A stretch of 64,000 nt of DNA, from positions 74,834,001 through 74,898,000 of the forward strand of contig OZ024747.1 of NCBI GenBank assembly GCA_964016885.1, read 5' to 3'. How positions within the stretch are numbered: position 1 is the first letter of the stretch; each line of letters starts with the position of its first letter. Shown here one piece after another: positions 52,626 through 64,000 of this stretch. The DNA comes from Eledone cirrhosa (lineage: Eukaryota). The translations under genes were made by a program, and so were the position numbers. The notes below the pieces were generated by a model, which ran no database searches, was not told where the DNA came from, and saw nothing but the letters and a program-made list of their open reading frames with translations.

Positions 52626-55613
52626 AGGAAATTGAATGATTCTCGGCTTCAGAGTTAAGAATAAAGTAAATAAAATACATATATATATATAAAATATATA
52701 TATAAATATATATATATATGTGTGTAACGTCTTTCTCATATAATCTATTTTGGGCTTGCTGTTATCGATGGATGCCCTTCCTGATACCAACCACTTTACA
52801 GTATGTACTAGGAGCTTTTTTCATTGCACCACTACCATTCAGATTAGACTGAGTGCTGTTTGTTACAGCCCTGCTACCTTACAGAGAGCTTGCAACTTCA
52901 ATTCTCAGACTGGACAATGTGTTATTTCCTTGAGCAAAATACTTTATTTCACGCTGCTCTCTCTGCCAGGAGTTGCAGCCAGTAAATAGTATCAGCAATG
53001 GAAAGATTGATGGAAACATTGTTTCCTTGGTCCGATTTGATGAGCTCCACCCCACCCAGCAAATGAATGAGGTCTGGGATCTTGTCAAACGATACCTCTC
53101 TAAACACAAGTATATGTAGTAATTACATGCCATGAGAATGCATTCTACTGAGTGCACGGGGGAGGTTGTCATGTCTTTGACACAACTGAAGGTCCTCCCA
53201 ATCCTTTTTTTGGCAAGCTTATTACAGCTGGATGCACTTTCTATCACCAACCACTTTACAGCATGTACTGAGTGTGTTAAGCTGATCCGAATATAAGCGA
53301 CATCCTCCCATTTTATGTCTGAGAAATGGGCAAAAATCCAAAACCTCATTTATAATCCGAGGCAGCTAATCAATATATTGTTTAGATAGCATATATAAAC
53401 TGCCGACCACCCCCTCCCATTTTACCATGAATATTTTGGTCACATATTCCTTGGTTTATATTTGACTATATAGAATATATAGTGATTTTCTTCCTTTTAT
53501 CGTAATTATATAAATCCATGAATTTTTCAAACTAAATTCACTTCTAAAATTATATAAAATCGATAAGTTTGAAATAATTGCATAACATTATTATTGAATT
53601 GAAACAAAACTATTAGAAAAAAATACTTATTGAATTTATAAAGAATGAAAGATTTCCACAAACTATTTAAATCAATTTGTTTCTAGTAACATGTTTAAGA
53701 TTAGGTTGATTAATTATATAGTATTGATGATAAATATTGTTATACTTGTTCAACTTTAGCAGGAAACTAATCAATATTTTCAAACCCTGAAAATAGTTAA
53801 TTTATTCTTTTTACTTTTACTGGTTTCAGTCATTAGAGAGCAGCCATGTTGGGGATTTAGTGGATCATATTGATTGTGTTACTTACTTTTTTTGCAAGTT
53901 TAGTACTTATTTTATCAATTGCTGTTTGTCAAACTAATAAGTTACAGGACAGATACACATACACACATTCACACAGACATACCATACACACATACACGTA
54001 TTCATACATACATTCAAACATACACACACACATACGCACACACATGCATGCATATATACATACATAATTATCCTCATCATCGTTTTTCGGCCATTTTTCC
54101 AAACCAGCATGGGTTGGATGGGTGATGTATACTGTTTAACGTTCATTTTCTAATCAGGAGCTTCTGCACAATTTCTGATAACCAAATTTAACTCAGAAGG
54201 CATTGGTCAACCTGAGGTTATAGTAAAAGACACTTGCCTAGTTTCACACAATGGGACTGAACCTAGGACCACATGGTTGCTAAACAAACTCCATAATCCA
54301 TGCCTGCACCTAATTTACAATTATTTATATTTTAACTATGTTTTTCCATATCATCATCATCATCATTATTTTTGCATCTGTTTCTCTAAGCTCACTTGGG
54401 TTGGATGGTTCCTTTTCAGCACAGCCTCTCTCCAATTGTCACATTCCTTTGTCATTTCCTCTGTGAGTCCCAGTAATTTGAGATCAGCTCTTACCACGTC
54501 TACCCAGGTCTTGGTCTACCCCTAATGTGGCTTCCTAATATGCAAAAAATATATTTCCAACTATTCCAACCTTTATTCTAAATCTAACAATTTTCAATGT
54601 TTCCAAACAGGTTTTCTTTTGGTTTTTTAACCCCATAAAACATATTTTTCTAAAATTGAAAATAAATCTTGGAAAAATAATATATTGGTAGTGTAACCTA
54701 GGTGATAGTTCTTATCTATCAGAAACAAAACACTTTATTTTTCTCTGTTAGCAATAAGGAAATGAATTTTTTTTTTTTTTTTTGTTTGTTTTTTTTGTTA
54801 TAAAGCTTCAAATGTAATTGCTAACAAACCAATATACTTTAATATTTAGGTCTCGACACAATAAATATAAAATTACTGAATGTTAATTATTATAACTGAT
54901 AAATTGGTAGGTATTCTCTAACACTGAAATACATTTTCTTTCTTTTGTTATTTCTCAATCATTGTTATACTGTGCAGTATTAAAAACTCTGCTATATGAT
55001 GCAATTATAATGTTAATGTTAGTTAATAGACTGATAAACTCATAAGATACCACATTAAATATTATATACTTCAATATTAATGTCTGCTACAAAACGTAAT
55101 GCTGAACAATAATGAATAATAATAATGTAATAAATATTAATATTGGTCTAAATCAGGCAAGTATGGAGAAAAACGGATGTAAAATGATGATTGTATACAT
55201 TAGATTATATATACATTGTATATACACTGCCACACTTATACACACACACACATACATATATACACAATCATAGATATATATATATATATTTATATATATC
55301 AAATATATATATTTATATATATCAAATATATATATATATATATTTATATATATCAAATATATATATATATATATATCATATATATATCAAATATATATAT
55401 TTATTTTTTTTTATATATCAAATACATATATATATATATTTTTTTTTATATATATCAAATATTTATATATATATTTATATATATATCAAATATTTATATA
55501 TATACATATAAATATATTGAGTACCTTACTTACTATGGTTACCTCCGATTCATACTGTTGATTTAAAACTGAACTATCCACAAGTGTTTTTTAACCTTCA
55601 TATCATGTCTTCC

Positions 55614-55681
55614 TGTTTTGTCTGATGAAAACACAAATATTATTGCATGATATTTGTTTTTGAAATGCGCATAATAAAATA
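55614..55681 (+). ncRNA. Type I hammerhead ribozyme, canonical core
   Basis: Stem I TGTTTTGT/ATAAAATA (8 bp, 2 G-U); CTGATGA(55622-55628); 14-bp stem II with one mismatch; GAAA(55662-55665); palindromic ATGCGCAT stem III; ATA cleavage at 55673. Confidence 0.85.
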
Positions 55682-55711
55682 CATGGAACTCTTTTAACCA
55701 TCTTTTGTTCT

Positions 55712-55751
<40 letters not shown>

Positions 55752-55835
55752 TCCTATTACTCACTCTACTACCCTAAGTATTGAGTACTCTGGTGCATTA
55801 GGGTCCACCTGGTATCTTACCACACCCTCTTTGTT

Positions 55836-55935
<100 letters not shown>

Positions 55936-56011
55936 CAAAAGGTAAATGGAAAAACACACCAGAGGATGAAGTACAATGAAGATATTATTTTCATGCTTGA
56001 TATAGTAGGAA

Positions 56012-56052
56012 AAGTCTTAGCGTTTCAGACATTAGTCCTTCATCAGAAAATA
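56012..56052 (-). ncRNA. Minimal hammerhead-like motif
   Basis: CTGATGA-A-GGAC-TAAT-GTCT-GAAA-CGC-TA; weak stem I. Confidence 0.55.
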
Positions 56053-56989
56053 GAAAGATAGAGGAGAGTGGGCTGGGGTAGAAACGAAAAACATTTCTAT
56101 GAGAAAAGCAGGTCTGTTTATTTCACCATATATATATATATATATGGTTGGTATTAGGAAGGGTATCCAGTCCTAGAAATCATGCCAAAATAGAATGTAT
56201 GAGCAAGACACAGTCACCTGACATGTCTGGCTTCAGAACAGGTGGCAACCTGTCTAACCCATGCAAGCATAGAAAATAGACATAAAATGGTAATGATGAT
56301 GGTAATGCACACACACACACACACACACACACATACATACACTCCCACACACAGAGTAGAACCCCCCCCCCCTTCTCTGGTTTATTGTTTGTTTTTCTTT
56401 TCTCTGGTTGTTGTTTCTCTCAGCAAGTTAGATAAGACACACATGATGATAACCAGTGTGTTGTTGGTTAATACTGGTTCACTGAATATTCTCAACTGAT
56501 TTAATACAAGCTGCAATAAACTGACTGGCTGACTCAATGGTCGGATGGCTGGGTAGCTGGCTGGGTAGCTGGGTGGTTGGATGGTTGGATGACTGGCGGG
56601 CTGGTGGGCTGGATAGATGGAGGGCTGACTGGATGGATGGTTGACTGGCTGGATGGTTGGATGACTGGATGGAAGGATGGTCGGATGGCTGGCTGGATGG
56701 CTAGCTCTCTTCCTTTCCTTCCCTCTCTCTCCCTATATATATATATATGTGTGTGTGTGTCTTTCTCACACACTCTCTCCCTTTCTCTCTCTTTCTCTCC
56801 CGATCTCTCTCCCTCCTCTCTCTACCCCTCCTCCTCCTTCATCCCTGTCTCCACCAACTACTCCTCTGTAATACAGCAGCATTAATATGGATATTGATCG
56901 AAGTGTAGAAATGGATGTGCTGAACTGTGTAGTTCATAGGCTGACCCAGATTGGAGGACAAATCTTAGGAGAGACCCCCAAAATCCAGC

Positions 56990-57570
56990 ATCAACACCAC
57001 CACCACCACCACTGGCTTCATCACTACCATCACCATCATTACTACCACCATCCACTACCACTACTATCACTACCATCAGCATCATTAATATCCCCATCTA
57101 CTACTGCCACCACCACCACTACTACCATCACTACCACCACCACCATCATCATCATCATCATCCTCACCACCATCATCATCATCATTACTATCACCATCCA
57201 CTATTGTATCCAACACCACCACCACTACAAAGACTATTATCATCACAACTAGCATAACTCCTACCACCACCACCACCACCACTGTCACTACTACCACCAT
57301 CCACTATTGTCACCACCACAACCAACATCACCAGCAGCCTCACACAAGCAACAGCAATACCACTACCACCACCACCACTACCACCACCACCGCTAGCAAC
57401 ACCACCACCACCATCGCTAGCAACACCACCGCTACCACTTGCAACCCCACCACCATCACTAACAACACCACCACCACGGAAACCACCACCATCACTGCCA
57501 CCACCACCACTATCACTGCCACCACCACCAACATTATCACCACCAACACCACCACCACCACCACCACATT
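56990..57570. repeat. (CAC/CAT/TAC)n low-complexity tract
   Basis: Direct inspection. Confidence 0.9.
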
Positions 57571-57851
57571 TGCTATAAAACACTTCCACTACAATCAGGA
57601 CCTTCACTAGTATCAACAGCTGCAGTAGCAGCAACAGCAGCAATAACAACAACAGCAGCAACAGGAATATGTGATTCCACTGTAGCAAGTCTGCAAAGTA
57701 GTAGCTTTCTTTCACTACGAGACAATTTCACTTATTATGCAATTGATTTATTCGGGTATATTTATCTAATATATATTTTTTTAAATAATTTATAAATTAA
57801 AATATTTTTAAATTTTGAATTTCAATATAAAGACACTAACAACAAGATATG

Positions 57852-57885
<34 letters not shown>

Positions 57886-57886
<1 letters not shown>

Positions 57887-58960
57887 GGCACCACAGAAAA
57901 AAAGCACCCAACACTCACTGTAAATGAGGTTGGTGTTAGGAAAGGCATCCAGCTGTAGAAATCAAGCCAGACTCAGTTCCTGTATGAGCAAGACAAGGTC
58001 AACCGACCGGACACTGCCCACAACAGGACAACCTGTCTAACCCATGTTAGCATGGAAGAACGGACGTAAAATGGTGATGATGATATATATATATATATAT
58101 ATGTATATATAATAGCATAGATGCTTGTCACCCCTATTGTGTATAACAACTCGAATTTTCAGTATTATATATTTATGAGTATGTATATCTGTATGTATAT
58201 GTGTTTATGAGTATGTGAGTATGTATATGTGTATGTATATGTGTTTATGAGTATGTATATGTTACACACACACACACATACGCACTCATAAAAACATTTC
58301 TCTCACTCTCTCTCTCTCTCTCTTGCATACACACACACACATCGTTATCTTCATCAATATATTGCTTGACCGCTGTAATGTGGTTATCTAGGTCTCATGA
58401 GAAAAAGCACCCAGTCTACCCTGTAAATGTGGTTGGCATTAGAAAGGGCTACTAGCCATAGAAACCAGGCCAAAACCAGTTCTGTATGAGCAAGATACGG
58501 TCACCTGATCTGGTTTTTCTCACAATGGGACAACTTGTCTAACCCATGCTAGCGTGGAAAAATGGACATTAAATGGTGATGATATGAGGCAATAAAAAAA
58601 TGAGTGTCAGGAGAGGCATCCAACCATAAAACACTCTTTCAAAAAGATCCCCAGAGATGCATAGAAGGCTAATAACTGCCCACACTGTAAAGTGGTCATG
58701 TAGGTGACACAACAAAAAGATCCCCAGAGATGCATAGAAGGCTAACAACTGCCCACACTGGTCATGTAGGTGACACAACAAAAAGCATCTAGTACTCACT
58801 GTAAAGTGGTTGGTGTTAGGAAGGGCATCCAGCTGTAGAAACCAAGCCAGAACCAGTTGTGTATGAGCAAGACATGGTCACCTGACCTTGCTTGTCTCAC
58901 AATACGGCAACTCATCTAACCCATGCTAGCATGGAAAAATGGATGTCAAACGATGATGAT
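57886..58960 (+). mobile_element. Cluster of three RTE/SINE 3'-end fragments with (GAT)n tails
   Basis: Repeated aaaaagcacc...ctgtaaa...ggttggtgttaggaagggcatccagc...tctaacccatgctagc motif. Confidence 0.75.
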
Positions 58961-59048
58961 GATAATGATGATTTTCCATGCTGGGATGGGTAGACAGGAC
59001 TTTTTGAGACAGATTTTTTAACATCAGAATGCCCATCTTAACACCAGG

Positions 59049-59088
<40 letters not shown>

Positions 59089-59427
59089 GATATATATATA
59101 TATGTATATATATATATATGTATATGATATATATATATATGTATATGATATATATATATATGTATATGATATATATATGTATATGATATATATATATATG
59201 TATATGATATATATATATATGTATATGATATATATATATCATATACATATATATATATATCATATACATATATATATATATGTGTATATGATAAATATAT
59301 ATATGTATATGATATATATATATATATCATCATCATCATCTTCGTTTAACGTCCATCTTCCAAGCTAGCATGGGTTAGACGGGAGTTGTCCCACTTGAGG
59401 CAAGGTTGGTTGGGTGACCGTGTCTCA

Positions 59428-59506
<79 letters not shown>

Positions 59507-59522
59507 TAAAATAACAGATTAA

Positions 59523-59573
59523 AGTTTAAGCAAAGAATCGCTGCTTTCACCCTTAACGGGATCTTCTGAAACT
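59523..59573 (-). ncRNA. Hammerhead-fold variant with CAGAAGA core
   Basis: Stem I AGTTT/AAACT; CAGAAGA; T-CCC-GTTAA-GGG-T; GAAA; stem III AGCAG/TTGCT; CTT triplet. Confidence 0.6.
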
Positions 59574-60489
59574 AACAAAGTCAATCTGTGAACGGTTCTT
59601 ATATATTTGATATATATTTATCCTTATCGAGCTCTCTTTGGATTTTAGTCTTCAAATTTATTATTATTACTATATATATATATATATATTTATGTCTAAG
59701 TCACACCAGTAAATAAACGTCATGTTGGTTTTACATGAATCCTTAATGTAGTTCTGAGAGTAATTCAGCATGACATATCTCACATACATTGCTAAACTTT
59801 TTCGAGGGGAGTATTGTATTGTGGCACCAACACTTGGGGGGTTGTTACGTCTTTAACACAACTGAAGAGTCCTTGACTCTTTGTTGGAAAATTTCCTATG
59901 GCTAGATACCCTTCCTATCACCAATAGTATGGTCAATGAGTGGGAGAGGATGGGTGAGGAATTATGTCATGGGTGTATGACAAGCGTGTTGAGAGAGAGA
60001 GAGCGAGGAATCTTTGATAGAATATGATGATTACTTAAAAATAACTACCAAGATTGGAGGTAGAATATATTGTCAAACATCTACAAACAATAGACAATAT
60101 CTTATATCTTGTTTATGGTTGGTAGATCTTTGAAAATATCTTTGAAAATATCTTTGAAATATTCTACCTCCAATCTTGGTAGTTTTTTAAAGACCAAGTG
60201 TCTAAGTACTGAAAGACCTGGACACTTCCTTCCACTGGCACTTCTTCACCCACCAATCATCAATGTGCATCACATGTCTGTACCAATGGAGTTTTCTCTC
60301 CTGTACACCTCCAAATATATGCATGTGTGTATGTATATTAAAACCCATGCAAGCGTGGAAGATGGACGTTAAACGATGATGATGATGATGATGATGATAT
60401 ATATATATATGTGTGTGTGTGTGTGTATATGTATATATATGTATATATGTATATACATATATACATATATATGTGTATATGTATATATG

Positions 60490-61095
60490 GTGGCTGCCAA
60501 CTCGTTTTCGAGTACGGCCACTACTTTATATCCATGTAGGAGAACCCCTACCGATGCGCTGAACGAATGTGACTTTTTATTCCAGCCAGCGACTTGAAAA
60601 CTCTGGTACAAACACTACACTTGTGACAATTATTGACACATAGTGCTGGGCCCATGGTACCCTGTGACGACAAGTGCAGAGATCTCCAGATATAAAGCAA
60701 TGCCTGTGCCGTGAAGCTTTTATAGTGAGCAAAGGCACTGCACAAAGCCAGTCCCACTCTCTTAACCAAGGTGATATTTACCAAAAAGAAGAACAAGTCA
60801 ACATCATTGGATACCATCAGGGTTGCAGGTGTTATATCAGAGTTTTCCTTCTCCTAGAATTCTGCCTTGACAAAGGCTAAGGGGTCATCTCTCCCGGTGA
60901 TTTTGGATGGCCATTGACTCTTAAGAGCTCCTTTGCCCTTTGACAGGTTTTGTTTTTAGTCCTGCAGGATGTCCAAAGTCACCCTCCTCACCAAGAAACC
61001 TTGGTGGGGTTGCCAGTTTAGTCGCCAACGACCCGACCATGAGACAGGTTGTACTGGGATACATGTTACCAGTAGCACCAACTGGTGACCTGACA
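60490..61095 (-). mobile_element. Internally deleted RTE-like LINE: structured 5' UTR joined to a C-terminal C2H2 zinc finger
   Basis: HKCSVCTRVFKSLAGIKSHIRSAH at the 3' end and a GC-richer, hairpin-forming 5' segment. Confidence 0.6.
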
Positions 61096-61565
61096 TAATA
61101 TGTATATATATGTATATATGTATATACATATATATACATATACATATATGTACATATATATGTATGTGTAAATATATTTACACACACACACATATTATAT
61201 ATATAGTATTAATACAAATGCTCATGCACGCATATATATATAAAATTGAATATTAGGTTCCTTTTTATTAGTTTTGACAATTTTTCGGAAATGTCTTATA
61301 TAACAATTGTTATTAACTGTGTTGACTGTTCTTTACATTCCATCTCGTGATACCTCCCACTCTCACTAGTCCCAAACCTCTTACTGCAGCTCACTCTCCA
61401 TTTTATTATTTCACTCTCCCTCACTATTATTTTCATCCTCTCGTCCATGTGTTTGAATTAATTCTGAAAATAATCACGAAGACAGAGCAGTTTCATAAAA
61501 TAACCAACTTTTCCATTATTAAGCTGGTCTTTAGAAGATTTTAATGTGAAACTATGATGGAATGT

Positions 61566-62336
61566 TTTAACCCATTTGTTACTATATTTCTAATGAAAAA
61601 CTCTGTTTATAATTTTGATTCTTCTTCTTTGCCCACTTATTCCTGAGAAGGTTGTGGGGGCAGAGTCCTCAAACACTCCTTCCAGTGGGTCCTGTCAGAA
61701 GCAACCATCTCCAATTGATCCAGTTGGATCCCCAAGTGAGACCAGCTCATGGTTGTTATCCAACCATTTTGCTCAATTTTTAATTAATTTCGAAAATATT
61801 CAAGAATTTTGAGAGATTTACAAATATAACTTTCTCATTATTAAGCTGGTATTTTGACCATAACTCAACAAAGGTTCTTACTTAAAATTATAATGAAAGG
61901 TTTTTCGATCAATTTAAACACTTTAAACTAAACAGCTCTGTATTGTGAAATGAAGGGTGATTTCATGTGTTTGGTATCAAAAGGTAAAGACTTTAATATT
62001 GGTGGTTTTGCATCCTTGAGGTTGTTTCAGGGTTTACGGAGTTACAAATAAAGAATATTTATGGTGTAAATTAATTCCAATATTATATACAGTTCAACAT
62101 TACATACAGTTCAATATTATATACTTTTACTCAGTTGCTTGTCTGCAGTTTTTGTCCAGCTTCCAAGATTAACCCTTTTCATATCAAACCATTGAAACTG
62201 TCCCCAGTTCTATTTTTTATTTTAAAGTGTTTATATTTATCCACCATAATTTTATGTAAAACATTTGTTATGCTCCAAACATCAGCTTAATAATGAGAAA
62301 GGGCAGTTTTAGGTGGTTTGCTATTCGGGGGTTAAT
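61566..62336. mobile_element. Two piggyBac-like MITEs of a second family (ttaaccc...; relatives near 19570, 36627, 37724, 49640); the first carries an RTE 3' fragment insertion at about 61620-61767
   Basis: TTAACCC termini and shared ttctcattattaagctgg/ttatgatggaaggtttt segments. Confidence 0.55.
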
Positions 62337-62966
62337 CAGCTTTATACTGAAGACACAGAGGTGGGTTCAGATGGTTAGGTATCAATTGGTTGAAGTGGTA
62401 CATTTTCCAAACACATGGTTCTGGGTTTAATCACACTGTGGGGCACTTTGAGGCATGTTTTTTTCTTTTTTTGTTAACCAAAACTTCAAGTTGACAAATA
62501 TCTTATGAGTGAAGATTTGTTCAGAAACTGTTTGGAAGCCAATTGTATATATAACCCAAATGAACTCTTTCTGGGTTTTGCAATTGAATTTTATAAGTAA
62601 ATGTTATAAGTAAAGTGAAGTTATTCCAACCAAGAATCAAAACAGATTATCAAACTTTACTAACTGACAATTTGGCACCAGTTTGTGGTAATTCCCAACA
62701 TGGAGAACTAAATCAATTTACAACAAACTGAACAAAGATCAAAATGTCTTTGGTCAAGATAATTTACATACAAATTCATCATTCAATGAATGAAACAATG
62801 GGCAACATCTGTAGTCATTTGATCTGCTAGAAATCTCCTACACATCAAACTCTGTCTTAAAAAAAAAGGACACATTTGATAATGTAGTCCTAGATATACA
62901 AAAACACCACATTGTCAACAACAACAACATTCTATAGCTTATTTAGTATCTGTTGGTGCAAATAAT

Positions 62967-63152
62967 TGTTTCTACTTTTGGCACAAGACCAGTAATTATC
63001 CCAGTGTATTACTGGTACTTTATTTTATCGACCCCGTAAGGATGAAAGGGAAAGTTAACCTCAGCGGGATTTGAGCTCAGACCATAAAGGGCCGTAACTC
63101 TATGCTGCAAAGCATGGCATCCGACCCTCTACTGATACTGGCAATCCACCTC
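62967..63152 (-). mobile_element. tRNA-derived SINE (second family) with a 17-bp TSD
   Basis: TSD CTGTTGGTGCAAATAAT at 62950-62966 and 63153-63169. Confidence 0.85.
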
Positions 63153-63249
63153 CTGTTGGTGCAAATAATATCTATAAAACATGAATATCAGAAAACAGTT
63201 CATACTTTCCACCAGGCTACACAAAAATTTCTTTAAAAGAGTCTAAAGT

Positions 63250-63455
63250 CTGTCTTGAACCCAGAGGCTCATCAGAACGGTGCTTTTCCTGGCTTCTGTG
63301 GCATGAAATAACAGAGTACAAGACCTCCCCCTGGACAGAACACCAGTCCATCACAGGGTTAACCCCCTAGATATAGCTGGTACTCATTTTCAGCCGACTA
63401 TACTGGAGCAACATGAAATGAAGTGTTTTGCATATGAACTCAACACACAACCAGT
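63250..63455 (-). mobile_element. tRNA-SINE family 1 variant (relatives near 15880, 17270, 28290, 35340, 46860, 47640)
   Basis: Reverse complement of the ttgagcaaaacacttcatttca...ctccagtatactcagctg...ttaaccctgtg.tggactggcgtcc body. Confidence 0.7.
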
Positions 63456-64000
63456 TCATTTCAGTCTTATCTCTGTTGTTAAATTGTATATTCTTATAAT
63501 TAAAAATCTACACACATTACTTTTATTTCTCAATTTCTTCTTCATGTTGTTTAAAAGAAACTCTATAAGTAATTAAATATGTGTAGCTTTCATTGAAAAT
63601 ATATTTACATTACAAAGACCATTTGAAATTACTCCATAATATAAATATATAAGATAATTAATGCAGCTTTTGTCTTAATTCAGAACATGATTAATTATCT
63701 AAATGGAATCTGCTTTGCAAATGTTTTGTTTTTCAACCACTTACTAGCTTACCAAATAATTTGTATTTCTTTTCCCCAAGCACAAAAACGAATTTGGTTA
63801 GAGGGTAGTGGGTATAATTAATTGAATTGACCCACATTTTACTGCTTCTTGATCAATCTTAGGAGGAAAGTAAATTTAACACAGTTAAGATTTGAACTCC
63901 GAACAATGATGTACTAAATATAGGTATCTGTAAAGTTATGTAACTTTATACAGTAAACTATGTCTCACTTATCTTTGACATCATCATCATCACCATTTTA

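Overview
Eukaryotic, AT-rich, microsatellite-dense DNA. The SINE, LINE and MITE repertoire looks like a coleoid cephalopod (Octopus-type) genome, which is an inference. Almost all ORFs in the supplied track are (TA)n, (CA)n or (CAT)n artefacts. The window holds four kinds of real content. (1) A dispersed set of short, protein-free elements that carry hammerhead-ribozyme (HHR) folds, mostly sit in (TA)n tracts and often form fold-backs, like Penelope pLTRs or retrozymes. The best example is a 688-bp palindrome at the window start with two mirror-image U3-A8 covariant HHRs. (2) A ~40-kb minus-strand, intron-containing, stop- and frameshift-riddled relic resembling POMGNT1 (stem domain plus GT13 glycosyltransferase), apparently with two tandem catalytic modules. 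It was recognised by eye only. (3) A 5'-truncated Tx1/L1-clade LINE with a 16-bp TSD in a GATA/GACA satellite, plus RTE and RLE-type LINE fragments. (4) tRNA-derived SINEs, Tc1/mariner, hAT and piggyBac-like MITEs, and several minisatellites. No intact protein-coding gene, rRNA, true tRNA or CRISPR array is supported.
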